Assembly (NCBI RefSeq): GCF_006345805.1
Contig: NC_043015.1
Location: 52,762,001 to 52,826,000 of the forward strand
DNA: 64,000 nucleotides
Direction of reading: 5' to 3'
Origin: Octopus sinensis
Lineage: Eukaryota
Shown here: one piece after another, positions 1-12,945 of the stretch
Layout of the letters: each line of letters opens with the position of its first letter
Numbering within the stretch: position 1 is the stretch's first letter
Translations under genes and position numbers: made by a program
The notes under the pieces: generated by a model
What the model saw: only the letters and a program-made list of their open reading frames with translations
What the model was told of the DNA's origin: nothing
Database searches by the model: none

Positions 1-984
1 AGAAAAATTATGAAAAGCCTTCCTACTGTTGCCCACCCCCACCCACTTGAGTTGCCCCGTGCCTATGAGAAGGCAAGCCAAAACGAAACTCATTATCTAA
101 CATGTCTAAGGTAGGATGTGGTTTGGGCAAGATTTAGTTGCTATTTCTAGTAAATCAAAGGACCACATTGAGGCTGCCTCATTGACTGGGGTGGGGTTAG
201 GGTTTGCGTTAGGAACAGTGAGACTGATTTAAATGAAGCTAAATTTGAAGATCTGCAAGTCAATGGCTGTAAGGGAAAAAGCCTTCTTCTCAAAACTGTC
301 AGCCTTGCATTTAAAGCAGAAACCATTATTATCACAACAGACATGGAATAGAGAGGACAGGTTATTAATAATGTTGCAAACGGTGATGAAAAGATTCTAA
401 TAAACCCAGCTGACTAACTGACCAAATGATTAATCAAACAGTTGGTAATAAAAGAAGTGAAACGGACCTAGTGTAAGTGTTTCTGTTGGCATAATGACCA
501 ACCCTCTCAAGATACATTATTTTTTACTTTGTAGACTGTATTTTGTAAAACTGTATCAACAACTTAGATGGTATTTGTTTCAAATCATGGAAGGCCAGTC
601 AAGGACAATATGTATAAAGGACCAAGCTAGGGAGTTTACTCTTTTCCTGGAATATATTTACGTAATCAACTCTGGTCTATTTACAGAAGCATTATCTCAA
701 GAGATGTTGGTAAATGAGTGGGCAGAAGGTTAACCTAGCAACTTGGTTCAAATCCTACAACTAGCACAGTTGGGTATTTGTTATATCTAACAGAGAGAAT
801 TCTCATCTCTTCAGCCAAAAAAGAAAACTTTTAAGAGATCATACAGCCTGCTGGAATGTAATTAATGACCTCACTTTGGAATAATGTGCTTTGTGTTTCA
901 TTCTCATTGCGTGGTACAGCAAGAAGCCAATGGCAACACTGTGTCTGTGTTTCCCTGGTTCCGATCATGTGCTGATTAGAAATA

Positions 985-1135
985 TATTTCTTTATTGCCC
1001 ACAAGGGGCTAAACATAGAGGGGACAAACAAAGACAGACAAAGGGATTAAGTCGATTACATCGACCCCAGTGCGAACTGGTACTTTATTTATCGACCCGA
1101 AAAGGATGAAAGGCAAAGTCGACCTTGGCGGAAAT
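985..1135 (-). mobile_element. SINE family B fragment (gaggtcgactttgcctttcatcctttcggggtcgataaa domain)
   Basis: Reverse complement of the family B core, followed by cagttcgcactggggtcgatgtaatcgac; a near-identical tail occurs at 51280-51400. Confidence 0.75.
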
Positions 1136-2135
1136 AAAAGCACTGTCCATACTAAATTGCACTGTCGTCGTTTGCAATCTGCCAGGAAAACATGACTGGC
1201 CATTAAACTGTTTGTTATTCCATGAATCAGGGGAAATACTGTCTGCATCACTAATGTATAAAGGGTTGACAAGAGGAAAAGCATCTGGACGGAGAAGATC
1301 TGCCTCAATAGGTTTCATCTTTCTCATGGAAACACAGACACCTGACACACCTGTATACACCTTTTCAAGCAACATCAATTGGATGGGAGAGAGTGAGCTT
1401 GTCTGAACACAAACATTTGATCGCTATAAACAAATCATTTATGCAGGTCGCTTAGCAAAAAGTGAACGCTCATACATAGTTTTGGATGAGAGAGTCCTTG
1501 GAGTAAAGATTATTTACCAACAAAACATGACTGTCCTGGTTTAGGACGAATGTTGCTGTAATTTATCCCCAGGAAACAAGATGTCACGCAGTGGGATTGA
1601 ACCTAGAACCATATGGTTGGTAAAGAAGCTACTTACCACACAGCCACTCCTGCACCTATACATACACATATGATATGGACAGTAGACACTGAATGATATA
1701 TATATATATACACACACACACTTGTAGCTTCATGAATATTTGAAAGTGTCTGAGAGTGTTTAAGTGCAAGAGAAGTGACATGTCCCCCCTCCTCTTTGCC
1801 GCCATCACCACTAGTCACATTGTCCCCTCGGTATACAGCTGGTGTGCAGTACAGTAGTGGTGATGGAGTTGGTGGTAGAGGCGGGGGGTGAGGGCCTTTA
1901 CTGTGTTATTAAACCGGAGGCGGGTGAGGAGAGTGTCAACTACTAGTTTCTTTGAAACACAGCCAGCCAGCCGAGACACACACTCTTTCTCTTCTCCCCC
2001 CCCCGTTCTCTCCTACTTTCTATCTTGTTACTCACCCCCCCTCTTACCCTCTCTCTGACTCCTTCCTTTAGACAAACATGCATCATTTCAACTCATTAAA
2101 TACTGCATATGCCTACAGCATCATTAATATATAAC

Positions 2136-2172
<37 letters not shown>

Positions 2173-2386
2173 AAGTGGGGGAGACCTGTTTAGCACCTGT
2201 AAGTGCTGTATTTACCCAAACCCAACCACCCGCCCAGCTAGCCAGACAGCCGTCCACACACACACATACATACATACACCCCACCCAACCCCTTATTTCC
2301 TAGCTTTTGTATTATTGTTTCCCAGCTAATTAAGGGATAACCTGTAAACTGGTTAGTTAAGTGCACACAATGGAAAATGTATATGC

Positions 2387-2419
<33 letters not shown>

Positions 2420-2433
2420 AACGTATGTATGTA

Positions 2434-2479
<46 letters not shown>

Positions 2480-3204
2480 ATGAGGAAAAAGATAAGGACA
2501 ACTTCCATTAAGGGTGGCAATAAGGAGGGGTTGTTTTCCTAATGATTTTTTAGTTTTGTTTTCTATTTCATTTTTACTCCTGAGCAAGGCAGACTGTATG
2601 AAGCATGGGCATAGATAAATCTAATGCTACAGGGTGTGTATGTATCATGCATAAACATACAATACATATGTAACTGCATTGCATGCATAATATATGCATA
2701 CACAAACATATATGAATATATATAGATTGATATATGTACATACAATGTACACACACACACACACATATGTATATTTATGATCGGGTTTTTGAAGAATTTT
2801 GTTTCACAATCAGATAGTTCCCTCTGTATGGCACCACAGATAAATGTCCCCTAAAATACAGACCAGAGTGTTGGTACACAGAAATTACTTCAAAAGGCCA
2901 TCAAATGGAATTTATCTCGTCTCATTCAAGAGCCAAGCCATATCACAGACACACAGCACTGCAATAAAACAACATCTGGAGAACAAAGTCATATGCAACG
3001 AATACACTAAAAACTAATTATTCTACACCATGCGGCAGTAAAACCTCCCATATTTTAAGCTACCATTGTTACAGCACTAGTGAAGATAGGCAGGTAGTTC
3101 TGCTATCTTTGAGCAGCTTATGCTTTACCATTTTGGGGTTATTTTAGATACTTTTTTTACATTTTTAGTTACTGTTATCATTTGGAGTGGGGCATGCTTT
3201 TTTT

Positions 3205-3590
3205 TTTATCTTTTACTTGTTTCAGTCATTTGACAGCGACCATGCTGGAGCACCACCTTGAAGGTTTTTAGCCAAATCAACTCTAGTTCTGAATTTTTCA
3301 TTATTTATTATAAATTGGTACATATTTTATCAGTCACTTTTTGTTGAACCACAGAGGCACAGGGATGTAAAGAAGGAAGGACCAGTTGCCAAGAGATGCA
3401 GGACAAACACAAAATCACACACACACACAGATATATGCTTAACAGAATTCTTTTGGTTTTTGTCAACCAAATCCACTCATAAGGTTTTTGTGAGCACAGG
3501 ACTATAGCAGAAGACACTTGCCCAAGGTGCCATGCAGTGGGACTGAACCTGGGACCATGTGTTTGTGAAGCAACCACACCTGCGTGACAA
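3205..3590 (-). mobile_element. SINE family A, diverged copy (tail 3205-3290, head 3440-3590)
   Basis: Same head (ggttcagtcccactgcatggcaccttgggcaagtgtcttc) and tail (ccagcatggtcgctgtcaaatgactgaaacaagtaaaaga) as other family A copies. Confidence 0.75.
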
Positions 3591-3890
3591 ATGCTTTAAG
3601 ATTTATTTTCATTTTTGCTCTCAATATGCAAAGCCACATGGCTGTGTGTGAGGATGTATACATACAAACAGCATCATCATCATCATCATCATAGTTATCC
3701 TTACCATTCTATGTTAGCTTTCCAAGCTGGTGTAAAAGGATTCAACAGGCTGGAGAACCATGCCTAGCCCTTAAGTCTCAGTTTAGGTATAGTTTCTGCA
3801 GCTGGTTGCCCTTTCATGCCAAGACCCCATCTCCCTTTTTTTTTTTTTATACACAGTTTTTACCAATTCCAAACCAATTTATATTTGTAT

Positions 3891-4150
<260 letters not shown>

Positions 4151-5219
4151 ACAGTAATCCCTCGACTATCATGGATGTTATCCAAAACCTCCCACAGAAA
4201 TAATTAAAATCTAAAAAAAATATAAATACCAACCAGCCGCAGACACCTGGATATACTAAGGAGTCCGCAATATAAATTTCCATATATTAGCCAGAAAAAT
4301 CTACGATACTTGAATGAACATTGAGAGATTGTCTTAGCCCATTTGCCTTCGTACAGTTGATTTCTGTAGTTGTTATCAGTGTATTTTGGCAATTTGAATA
4401 AGAGTTTTGACTGTTATTTCCAGCAGGTAGACATAGATAGTATATCCTTTGATAAATTTTTATATATATATATATAATATATATATATATATTATAGATA
4501 GATATAGATATTTATAATTACAGTGTGGAAAGGCGCAGAGCCATTAAAAAACACACACAAACTGCCAAGTTCACTTAAACATTTATTATTTGGTGCCAAA
4601 ATTTTCAACCTACAGTGTTGCTCAAGTGGCTAGAAACAACAACCAAATCTCAAAACCCACATATATAATCTTAAAAGAAGAAGAACACAGAACAGTGATT
4701 GATATACCTACGTCTGAAACTGGAAAAGGTGCGATGCTCAAAGTTAAAAATACGACTGATCGACAAATTCAGAATTATCAACACAAGGAATAAACTACAC
4801 TGTATTCTTCAAAAATTCCACAATTCTTAGAATTCACCAACACCACTTTTGACACACCTCTACACACTTTCTTCTTCATGGTTTTTTGGTCATTTTGTAT
4901 TTTATTTTGCATAATCTACATGAATTTTTGAGTTTCATTGCTGTCTTTCTATCTCTGTCTCTCTAACTTTTTCTCAGAATTACCCTTGAGCAATATATGC
5001 AATAAGCTCATTACCATTTTTGATCAGAGATAATCTTTATTCTTTCTTTCTTTATTTATTTATTTGACAACGCAGCGAAATAAGGATGACTAAAGCTAGA
5101 AAAATCTTCATTGACATGCTAAAGCTTGGATTTTACTGCACCCACATCACAGGAGAACCACCCTACACAAGTAAATTAATGTGTCAGATGGTCAGTCTTA
5201 ATTTAATTATGATCATGCA

Positions 5220-5550
5220 AGTGTGGCTGTGCGGTTAGGAAGTCTATTTCCCAACCTCATGATTTTAGGTTCAGTCCCACAACACAGCACCTTAGGCTAG
5301 TGTCTTCTGCCACAGCTCCAGGTCAACCAAAGCCTTGTGAGTGGATCTGGTAGATGGAAACTGGAAGAAGCCCATTATCTATTAGTTGTAAATGAATGCC
5401 ACAGTCATACAAGCAGTGTCCTTCATTCCTGGTTATGAGGAAATAATACCTTACTTGGAAAATGGTAAAAGTTGGTGACCAACAAGGACATTATCCGGCC
5501 GTAGAAACTCAGCCTTGTAAAAGTGGATGCAAAAATGATGATGATGATGA
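5220..5550 (+). mobile_element. SINE family A head joined to an RTE-like (GAT)n-ending tail
   Basis: Head gtggctgtgcggttagg...gttcagtccc...ctggaagaagccc, then ...ccggccgtagaaac...aagtggatgcaaaaatgatgatgatg. Confidence 0.65.
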
Positions 5551-6209
5551 TGATGTATGTAACTGCATTAATGTTTGTATCTCTTTGTCTTATTACCACA
5601 TGGTTGTTGTAAACGAGTGTCACTGTTATACCAGCAGTGTCATTCACATTCATTCAATATTCTGCAAAAATGTTTGGCCCATGGGGAAATAATATTATCT
5701 TGCTTGGAAAACAAGTGATAGTGGGTTGGCGACAGGAAGGGCATATGGCCACAGGAGACAACACATGGAAGCACGAGAAACGTGGACATGACGATGAATC
5801 ACCAAGACTATGTCACCTGCCACATATTTTTAGACAGGTCCATCACCTTCACTCCAGACAGGTCTTTTATAATTTGCATACGGGGTTATGCGGATGTGTG
5901 CCAAAAATGGCTGTTCAGATACGTGTGTTCCTGCAAAAGGCCAACAGACTTATGCAAGGCACTATCTAGGTGACTGGCAACACACACCAACTCACGTATA
6001 CACACGCATGCGCACACAAAACTAGCTTCATGTGATAGTTATATAAAGGTAACTGCGACACATACACAGAACCAAAGACACACATATATACACAACTAGC
6101 TGCACAGTGTAGTTATTTATATAAAGGTAGCTGTCACACGTACATGTACATATGTATGCTCACATACAGGCACATGACTCAATGAGAAAATAGGAAGGTA
6201 GTTGATTGA

Positions 6210-6420
6210 TTGATCTGCTATAAATAGCAGCCAAATTTCCCTTGAATCATAAGCTGACACCTTGAAAAAAAAAGGGAAGATATATATATGATAAATGTGG
6301 TCCTGAGTTCCTTGAACACAGGAAAAAAATACAAGGTGGTGGGGTGGGTCACAGCTGGAATGCTTTTGATCATATATAGATCTGCTTGATCAAGAGTGAC
6401 TTGGGGTTAAACAAAATACA
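6210..6420 (+). mobile_element. Interspersed repeat family D (aaatagcagccaaat...gctggaatgcttttgatcatag...ggggttaaac); related copies near 60-150, 6880-7075, 9845-9915, 12570-12730, 36170-36370, 54090-54135, 58845-59010
   Basis: Recurrent homologous motifs on both strands; class (SINE tail versus MITE) not determined. Confidence 0.6.
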
Positions 6421-7439
6421 ATTAATGTACCATATGGCAAGTTATATGATGACAGTTGGCATAGACACACACACACACACACACATATACACATAAATAC
6501 TTACATACATACATATATATAAATACAAATTCATATACATACATATATATATATGTATATATATCACATATACATCTATACATACACAACGGTAAATAAT
6601 TAAGAATAGATGTGTGTGAGGGTGTATATATATTTTTGGGCATATGTTAATGCTAAGCTCTTGTCTGAAGTTGACTTTTTGAAGCAGGTTCAATTCCCAG
6701 TTAATCCATTCCTCACTCTCTCTCTCTTCTCTCTCCACCAGCTTCATCTGAAAATCAGTCTTGATCAATAGATTGGAGATAGAGAGATAGAGAGAGAGAG
6801 GGGGGAGGCCAGCTGTGCCAGGCTGACGTGTCTACCACAAACATCAAAGATCAAATCAATGAGCCTGCCAATATATTGGTCGTAATACCTGCTAGAAACA
6901 GCAACCAAAATCTCCCCTCAGATCACATAAAACTACCTTCAACAACAACAACAACAATAAAAACAGCATGCTGAATTCCTGGGCTACATTTATGATCTGA
7001 ATAACACAGGGTGGGTGGTCATGGTTTGAGTGTCTTACGTTATGGGTCCCAGCTCAATCAAAGGTTAACTGGAGGATTGGAGGGAAAGAGGGGTTTAAAT
7101 AACTATGGGAGATATGTGTGTGCGTGTATATGTTCGTGTTTGTCCCCTACCACTACTTGACAACCGGTGTTGGTGTGTTTACATCTCTGTAACTTAGCAG
7201 TTAGGCAAAATAGACCGATAGAGTACTAGACTTAAAAAGAAAAAAAACTACTGACGTCCAACTCATTCAACTAAAATTCCTCAAGGCAGTGACCCAGAAT
7301 GGCTGCAGTCCAATGACTGAAACAAGAGATAAATATACATGCACACATACATACACATTTATATATACACATATACATGCACATAAACATACATACATAC
7401 ATAAATAAATACACACACGTACATGCATAAATACACACA

Positions 7440-7660
7440 AACGCACATATACATGAATACACACACGCATATATACTTAAATACACGCACATATACATAA
7501 ATACACACACGCATATATACATACACACACGCACATATACATAAATACACACACGCACATATACATGAATACACACACGCACATATACATGAATACACAC
7601 ACGCACATATACATAAATACACACACGCACATATACATGAATACACACACATATATATAT
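7440..7660. repeat. ~24-bp minisatellite (atatacatRaatacacacacgcac)n, ~8 copies
   Basis: Direct reading; lies in a larger CA/TA-rich block 7330-7800. Confidence 0.85.
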
Positions 7661-8672
7661 ATAAATACACGCACATATATATATATATATATAAATACAC
7701 ACACACACATAAATATAAAAAAACATACACACACATACATAAATACACACAGACACTCATATATACATCAATACACACGCGCACATATCTACGTGTATAT
7801 ATATTTACGTCTTTGTTTTACAAGAATTCCAGCCATTCTTGCCAGTTCCTATTTCTTCACTCACAGGTACCGCGTTGTGTTCTGAAAACAAAGGGTTCTA
7901 TTTTTTTCCCTCGCGAGTTTGTAGCACATACCCTGTCCCCACCCTCTCTCGCACACACATGCCAAACAACCCTTCCTCTATCCCCCCACCCACCCACCCG
8001 CGCGCAACCGCTGCCGACGCCGCTAAATACTTTGGCACACACTGAAGAACAAACAAGAGAACTGGGAGGTAGTTTTGATATTTTCCATGCTTCCTTCATT
8101 CATCTCACCCTCCAGCATCCACCTTCCTCCCATACAATGTCTAAGAGTGTGTGAAAAGCACAGATGGTTGTGTTGCCAGGTTACCAGACAAACTAAACAA
8201 GAAAGGTGTCTTAGAAATTGTAAGAACGGTGGACTGCTGGAATTGCTAAAGAGCAGCAGCAGCAGACAGAATGTATTGCGATGTTTCTCCTTCTGAGTTC
8301 AAATCCTACCTACACAGTCGACTCTGTTTTTCATCCTTTCGAGGTGATTAATAATAAAAAAAAAAGGGCCGTTAAAGCACGGTGGTACTTTATCGTAATC
8401 AACTTTTATAACCCCAACGAAAATTATTTGCGAAGTCGATACTGCTTTTCATCCTTTTGCGGTAATTTAAAAAAAAAGGAGCAAAGTACGGCTATATTTT
8501 ATTATAAACAACTGTTATAATCCCAACGAAAATTCGTGAACATTTTTATGTGTACAAGAAACCTTTTATTGTTGTTGAGAGAGGGGTACACAGAATCAAA
8601 GTGACGCTGGGATACAAATGCATGAAGCCCAATAAATCCATCATGACTACCCATGTTATAGGGGGTACACTA

Positions 8673-9063
8673 GAGGTGGGAAGTACTCCGTCAGTTACGA
8701 CGACGAGGGTTCCGGTTGATCCGAATCAACGGAACAGCTTGCTCGTGAAATTAACGTGTAAGTGGCTGAGCACTCCACAGACACGTGTACCCTTAACGTA
8801 GTTCTCGGGAATATTCAGCGTGACACAGAGAGTGACAAGGCCGGCCCTTTGAAATACAGGTACAACAGAAACAGGAAGTAAGAGTGAGAGAAAGTTGTGG
8901 TGAAAGAGTACAGCAGGGATCACCACCATCCCTGCCGGAGCCTCGTGAAGCTTTTAGGTGTTTTCGCTCAATAAACATTCACAACGCCCGGACTGGGAAT
9001 CGAAACTGCGATCCTACGACCGCGAGTCCGCTGCCCTAACCACTGGGCCATTGCGCCTCCACA
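8673..9063 (-). mobile_element. Full-length tRNA(Arg)-like SINE with 25-bp target-site duplication
   Basis: Head GGAGGCGCAATGGCCCAGTGGTTAGGGCAGCGGACTCGCGGTCGTAGGATCGCAGTTTCGATTCCC has A/B-box-like motifs and a TCG anticodon-like loop. Flanked by tacccatgttatagggggtacacta (8648-8672) and tacccatgttataaggggtacacta (9064-9088). Resembles octopus tRNA-Arg-derived OR-type SINEs (from memory). Confidence 0.85.
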
Positions 9064-9104
9064 TACCCATGTTATAAGGGGTACACTAAGCACACGCATC
9101 ACAT

Positions 9105-9485
9105 CGTTATTATCAAATTCCACCAAGGTCGACTTTACCTTTCATCCTATCGGGGTTGTTAAAAGTACCAGTCGAGTCCTGGAGCCGATGTAATTCACTT
9201 ACCCGCTTCCCAGGAATTGCTAGCCTTGGCCAAAATTTGAAACCATTATTATTATTATTATTATTATTAAGCCCTTGTGGCTAATAAAGAAATAATTATT
9301 ACTATTATTAAAAAGGCGGTGAGTTGGCAGAATAGTTAGCATGTTGGACGAAATCTTTAGCTTCTGAGTTCAAATTCCGCCGAGGTCGACTTTGCCTTTC
9401 ATCCTTTCGGGGTCGATAAATTAAGTACCAGTGAAACACTTGGGGCAATGTAATGGACTAGTTCCCTCCCACTGAATTTCAGACC
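9105..9485 (+). mobile_element. Two tandem SINE family B copies separated by (TTA)n
   Basis: Head aaggcggtgagttggcagaatagttagc (A box) and ttctgagttcaaattcc (B box), then the core domain. The core resembles a deeply conserved metazoan SINE central domain (assignment from memory, not verified). Confidence 0.85.
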
Positions 9486-10914
9486 TAGGATTATTATTAT
9501 TATTATTATTATTATTATACGGAATGTATTAGCCTCAACCCAATCATTTCCACAATGCCAGAGGGGGTCTCCAAGCAGCATTGGTGGATTAATTATCAGG
9601 AAAAGGGGGTTTTAATGTGGGATCTTGAAACAGTGACACAGACGTGACAGTGGGTGTGTGAAGGAGCGTTAAATGCATCAGGTGGCCGTGTTAGGTGAAG
9701 GAGAGCATGATATGATGGAGGAGGAGGTGAGGAGGAGAGCAAGCAAGAAGACACAGTGCATTGTGGACCAGTGGCCAGTTTTCAGTTTGTGAATAAATCT
9801 TTGCTAATCAACCAGTCACGTCTGAAAGAAAAGGTCGGATGTTGTTGCCGTTGTTCTAATTGAGACCCTGACTGAACAGACCTACGGTCAAAGACATTCC
9901 AGCCGTGACTGTCACTTCTTTTGCAGACAGACTACCTCAGACTGTTGTTCCCGAAGTTGCTTTTTTTTTGTCTTATTTTTAAGACAGTACACTGAGTGAT
10001 CTGAGAGTTTCATTGCTATTTCTAGCATGTCGAGTAATTATGTAAAGCAAGGGGAGATAACCTGTGCTTGCATACAACATTTCGCCAATGACATCTGAAA
10101 CTGTCCCATAGGGAAGTCCTTCAGAATATACATGACTCAATCTTTTAAACCTTAGAAGCAAAAGGGAAATTTAATGTAAATTATCATTTTAACATCCACT
10201 TTTCTATGCTCTCATGCAGAGTTTCTCAAACTTTTGGGACCACCCATCGTCACATAATACCTTCAGCACCCCATTCCTATTTTTATGTATAAATATTTTA
10301 TTAATTTCTATATAGTATGAATCATTTGATATTTAATATAATATTATATAATTTGTATACAATAATATAACATTATAATAAATTCATAGTGTCCCTCAAT
10401 TCACTGCCTTCTCTACCCCCTCCTTAGGCACCGGCGCCCACCTGAACCGTCTCCATTCTCTCATGGGTCAGAAGGATTCCGTTGAGGTAGATTTTCTACA
10501 GCTTAGATACCATTCCTGATGCCAGTTGTCATGTTTCAAAAGGACACAAGTACAACGGTAATACCTGGGTCTGGCTGTCAAGAGAAGGACACACACACAC
10601 ACATACACCTAATAGATTTCTTTCATTCTGTCAACCAAATCTACAGCTTTTGGCTGGCGCAAGGGTTGTATGAAAAAAGTACTAACTCCCAGGTGCCACG
10701 CAGTGGGCCTAAACCCAAAACCATGTGGTGGGGGAGCAAATTTCTTAAACACATATCATGCTTGTCTGTGTGCATGTGTCTACACGTGTGTGTATGCATT
10801 TACGTGTGTGTGTGTGTGTGTGTATCTATGTTATATACGTCTAGTGAAAAATACTGCACATACGTATGTACATACACACCTCTGAATGAACATAAGACTA
10901 TGTATTATTTTATT

Positions 10915-11190
10915 TTCTTCAGTCACTTGACTGAAGGATTTTAGAAGAACAAAACGACCCCAGGTCTTATATTTACAGCCTAGTACTTATTCTATCGGTT
11001 TCATTTGCGGAACAGCTAAGTTACGGGAACATAAACACACCAGCACCGATTGTCAAGTGGTGATTGGGTGGACAATTACAGCTTCGATCGGCCCAAGGTT
11101 ATAGAAGAAGACACTTGCCCAATGTGTCACGCAGTAGGACTGAACCCGGGACCATGTGGTTGGGAAGCAAGCTTCTTACTACACAGCCAC
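10915..11190 (-). mobile_element. SINE family A, internally deleted copy
   Basis: Reverse complement of head (11090-11190) directly abuts tail module (10915-11065). Confidence 0.8.
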
Positions 11191-11727
11191 GTCTGCTCAT
11201 AGACACATACCCCCCCCCCCCCAACACACACACATATAGCCTGAGACATTTGCATATGCACTCATTGGTTTTAGAAACATTAATTAAAAGTATTAATTAA
11301 GAGTATTACTTAGAAAGTATTATTCTCGCACATTGCTCATGCTGCAAAGCAATTTCACGATTTCAATTGCGCGGACCTTATGACATTTACAATAATGTTA
11401 CCACGAGAACCAGAAACGAAATTAAAAAGTGTCCGCTTGAAGCAGACATTTTCGCATCTGTCGTTCACAAAAGGTTTTTTAAATAAACGAACGTTTACTT
11501 CAAACTTTCGTTTTAGCTTTCGAAGAATATTCAGACAGTGGATATTCAAAACAAAACCCCGGCTTGGTTTACCAGTTGATGATCAGAAAACGAGGAAATC
11601 TGAGTACTGGAAATATGAACCTTTCGGTTATAATCTTTTCATGAATACCCTTATATTTGAATGGTGTCCTGTAATTCATTGTTTCTGGTGAATCAACAGA
11701 TCACACACACACACACAGATATATATC

Positions 11728-12036
11728 TTGGGCAAATGTTTTCTGCTATAGCCCCGGGACGACCAATGCCTTGTGAGTGGATTTGGTAGACGGAAACTGA
11801 AAGAAGCCTGTCGTATATATGTATATATATGTGTTTGTGTGTCTGTGTTTGTCCCCCTAGCATTGCTTGACAACCGATGCTGGTGTGTTTACGTCTCCGT
11901 CACTTAGCGGTTCGGCAAAAGACACCAATACTAGAATAAGTATTGGGCTTACAAAGATTAAGTCCCGGGGTCGATTGCTCGACTAAAGGCGGTGCTCCAG
12001 CATGGCCGCAGTCAAATGACTGAAACAAGTAAAAGA

Positions 12037-12038
<2 letters not shown>
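11728..12038 (+). mobile_element. SINE family A, young subfamily, 5'-truncated
   Basis: ctgctatagccccggg...gaagcctgtcg-(TA/TG)-tttgtccccctagc...gactgaaacaagtaaaagagta; shares diagnostic bases with 43644 and 61085. Confidence 0.9.
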
Positions 12039-12089
<51 letters not shown>

Positions 12090-12094
12090 GAGAG

Positions 12095-12136
<42 letters not shown>

Positions 12137-12895
12137 TACACGCGCACAAACCATGTATACATGTACGCCAGTAACTATGGGGATGTGAACAGATGGATTG
12201 ATAAAGGCTATAAGTGTTCTATAAACAAAGTCACTCACTCTCTATCAATCTATCAAACACACACACACAAACTCGCATATACATACGGTCTCTTTCTTTC
12301 TCCCTCCATCGCACGCACTGCATGAATATGTTGTTTGCAAGAGGCTGGCTTGCTGCATTTATAAAATGTCAGACGCCTGGCATATCGATATGTAGTTTAC
12401 AGATAGCTATACAACGGTACTGTAACAAGGGTCATTTTATTGTAGTAGTAGTAGTAGTGGTGGTGGTGGTGGTGGTGGTGGTAGAACAAAGAAAAAAAGA
12501 AGGAACAATTTTTCCCTTCTCTCTACCACCCGCCAACTATATGAATCTACCTCTGTGCTTCTGCTCTACCTGCTAGGAATAGCAGCTAAATCTACCCAGA
12601 ATCATGACACGGTCTTTAAAACGGAAGGATCCATTGGATGATGTGTAGTTTAGAAAAATATATGAAGAGAGAGATATGGGGTGGTGGCCATGATGTGATC
12701 ATTCAGAGCTGGTCTGGTGTAAACCAGCAATATATATACCAAGCTAATCAACCACACAATACCCAGGCATGCATACATACATATATATACTACATACATA
12801 CATATATATACTACATACATACATATATGCATAATGGCATATACATACACACATACGTATATGCACATGTATACGAATATCCATATATGCAAACA

Positions 12896-12945
<50 letters not shown>

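Noticed and set aside
7865-7881. Micro-exon-like AG...GT segments (7865-7881 minus; ~13231-13240 plus; ~30586-30599 plus)
   Set aside because: Isolated splice-like motifs with no partner exons or informative peptide; expected by chance in 64 kb.
8990-9063. tRNA genes
   Set aside because: All tRNA-like segments continue into SINE bodies and lack an acceptor-stem 3' half; they are SINE heads.
9560-9840. Possible CR1/L2 LINE 3' remnant, and hAT-like terminus at ~10217
   Set aside because: Resemblance too weak to support without a database search.
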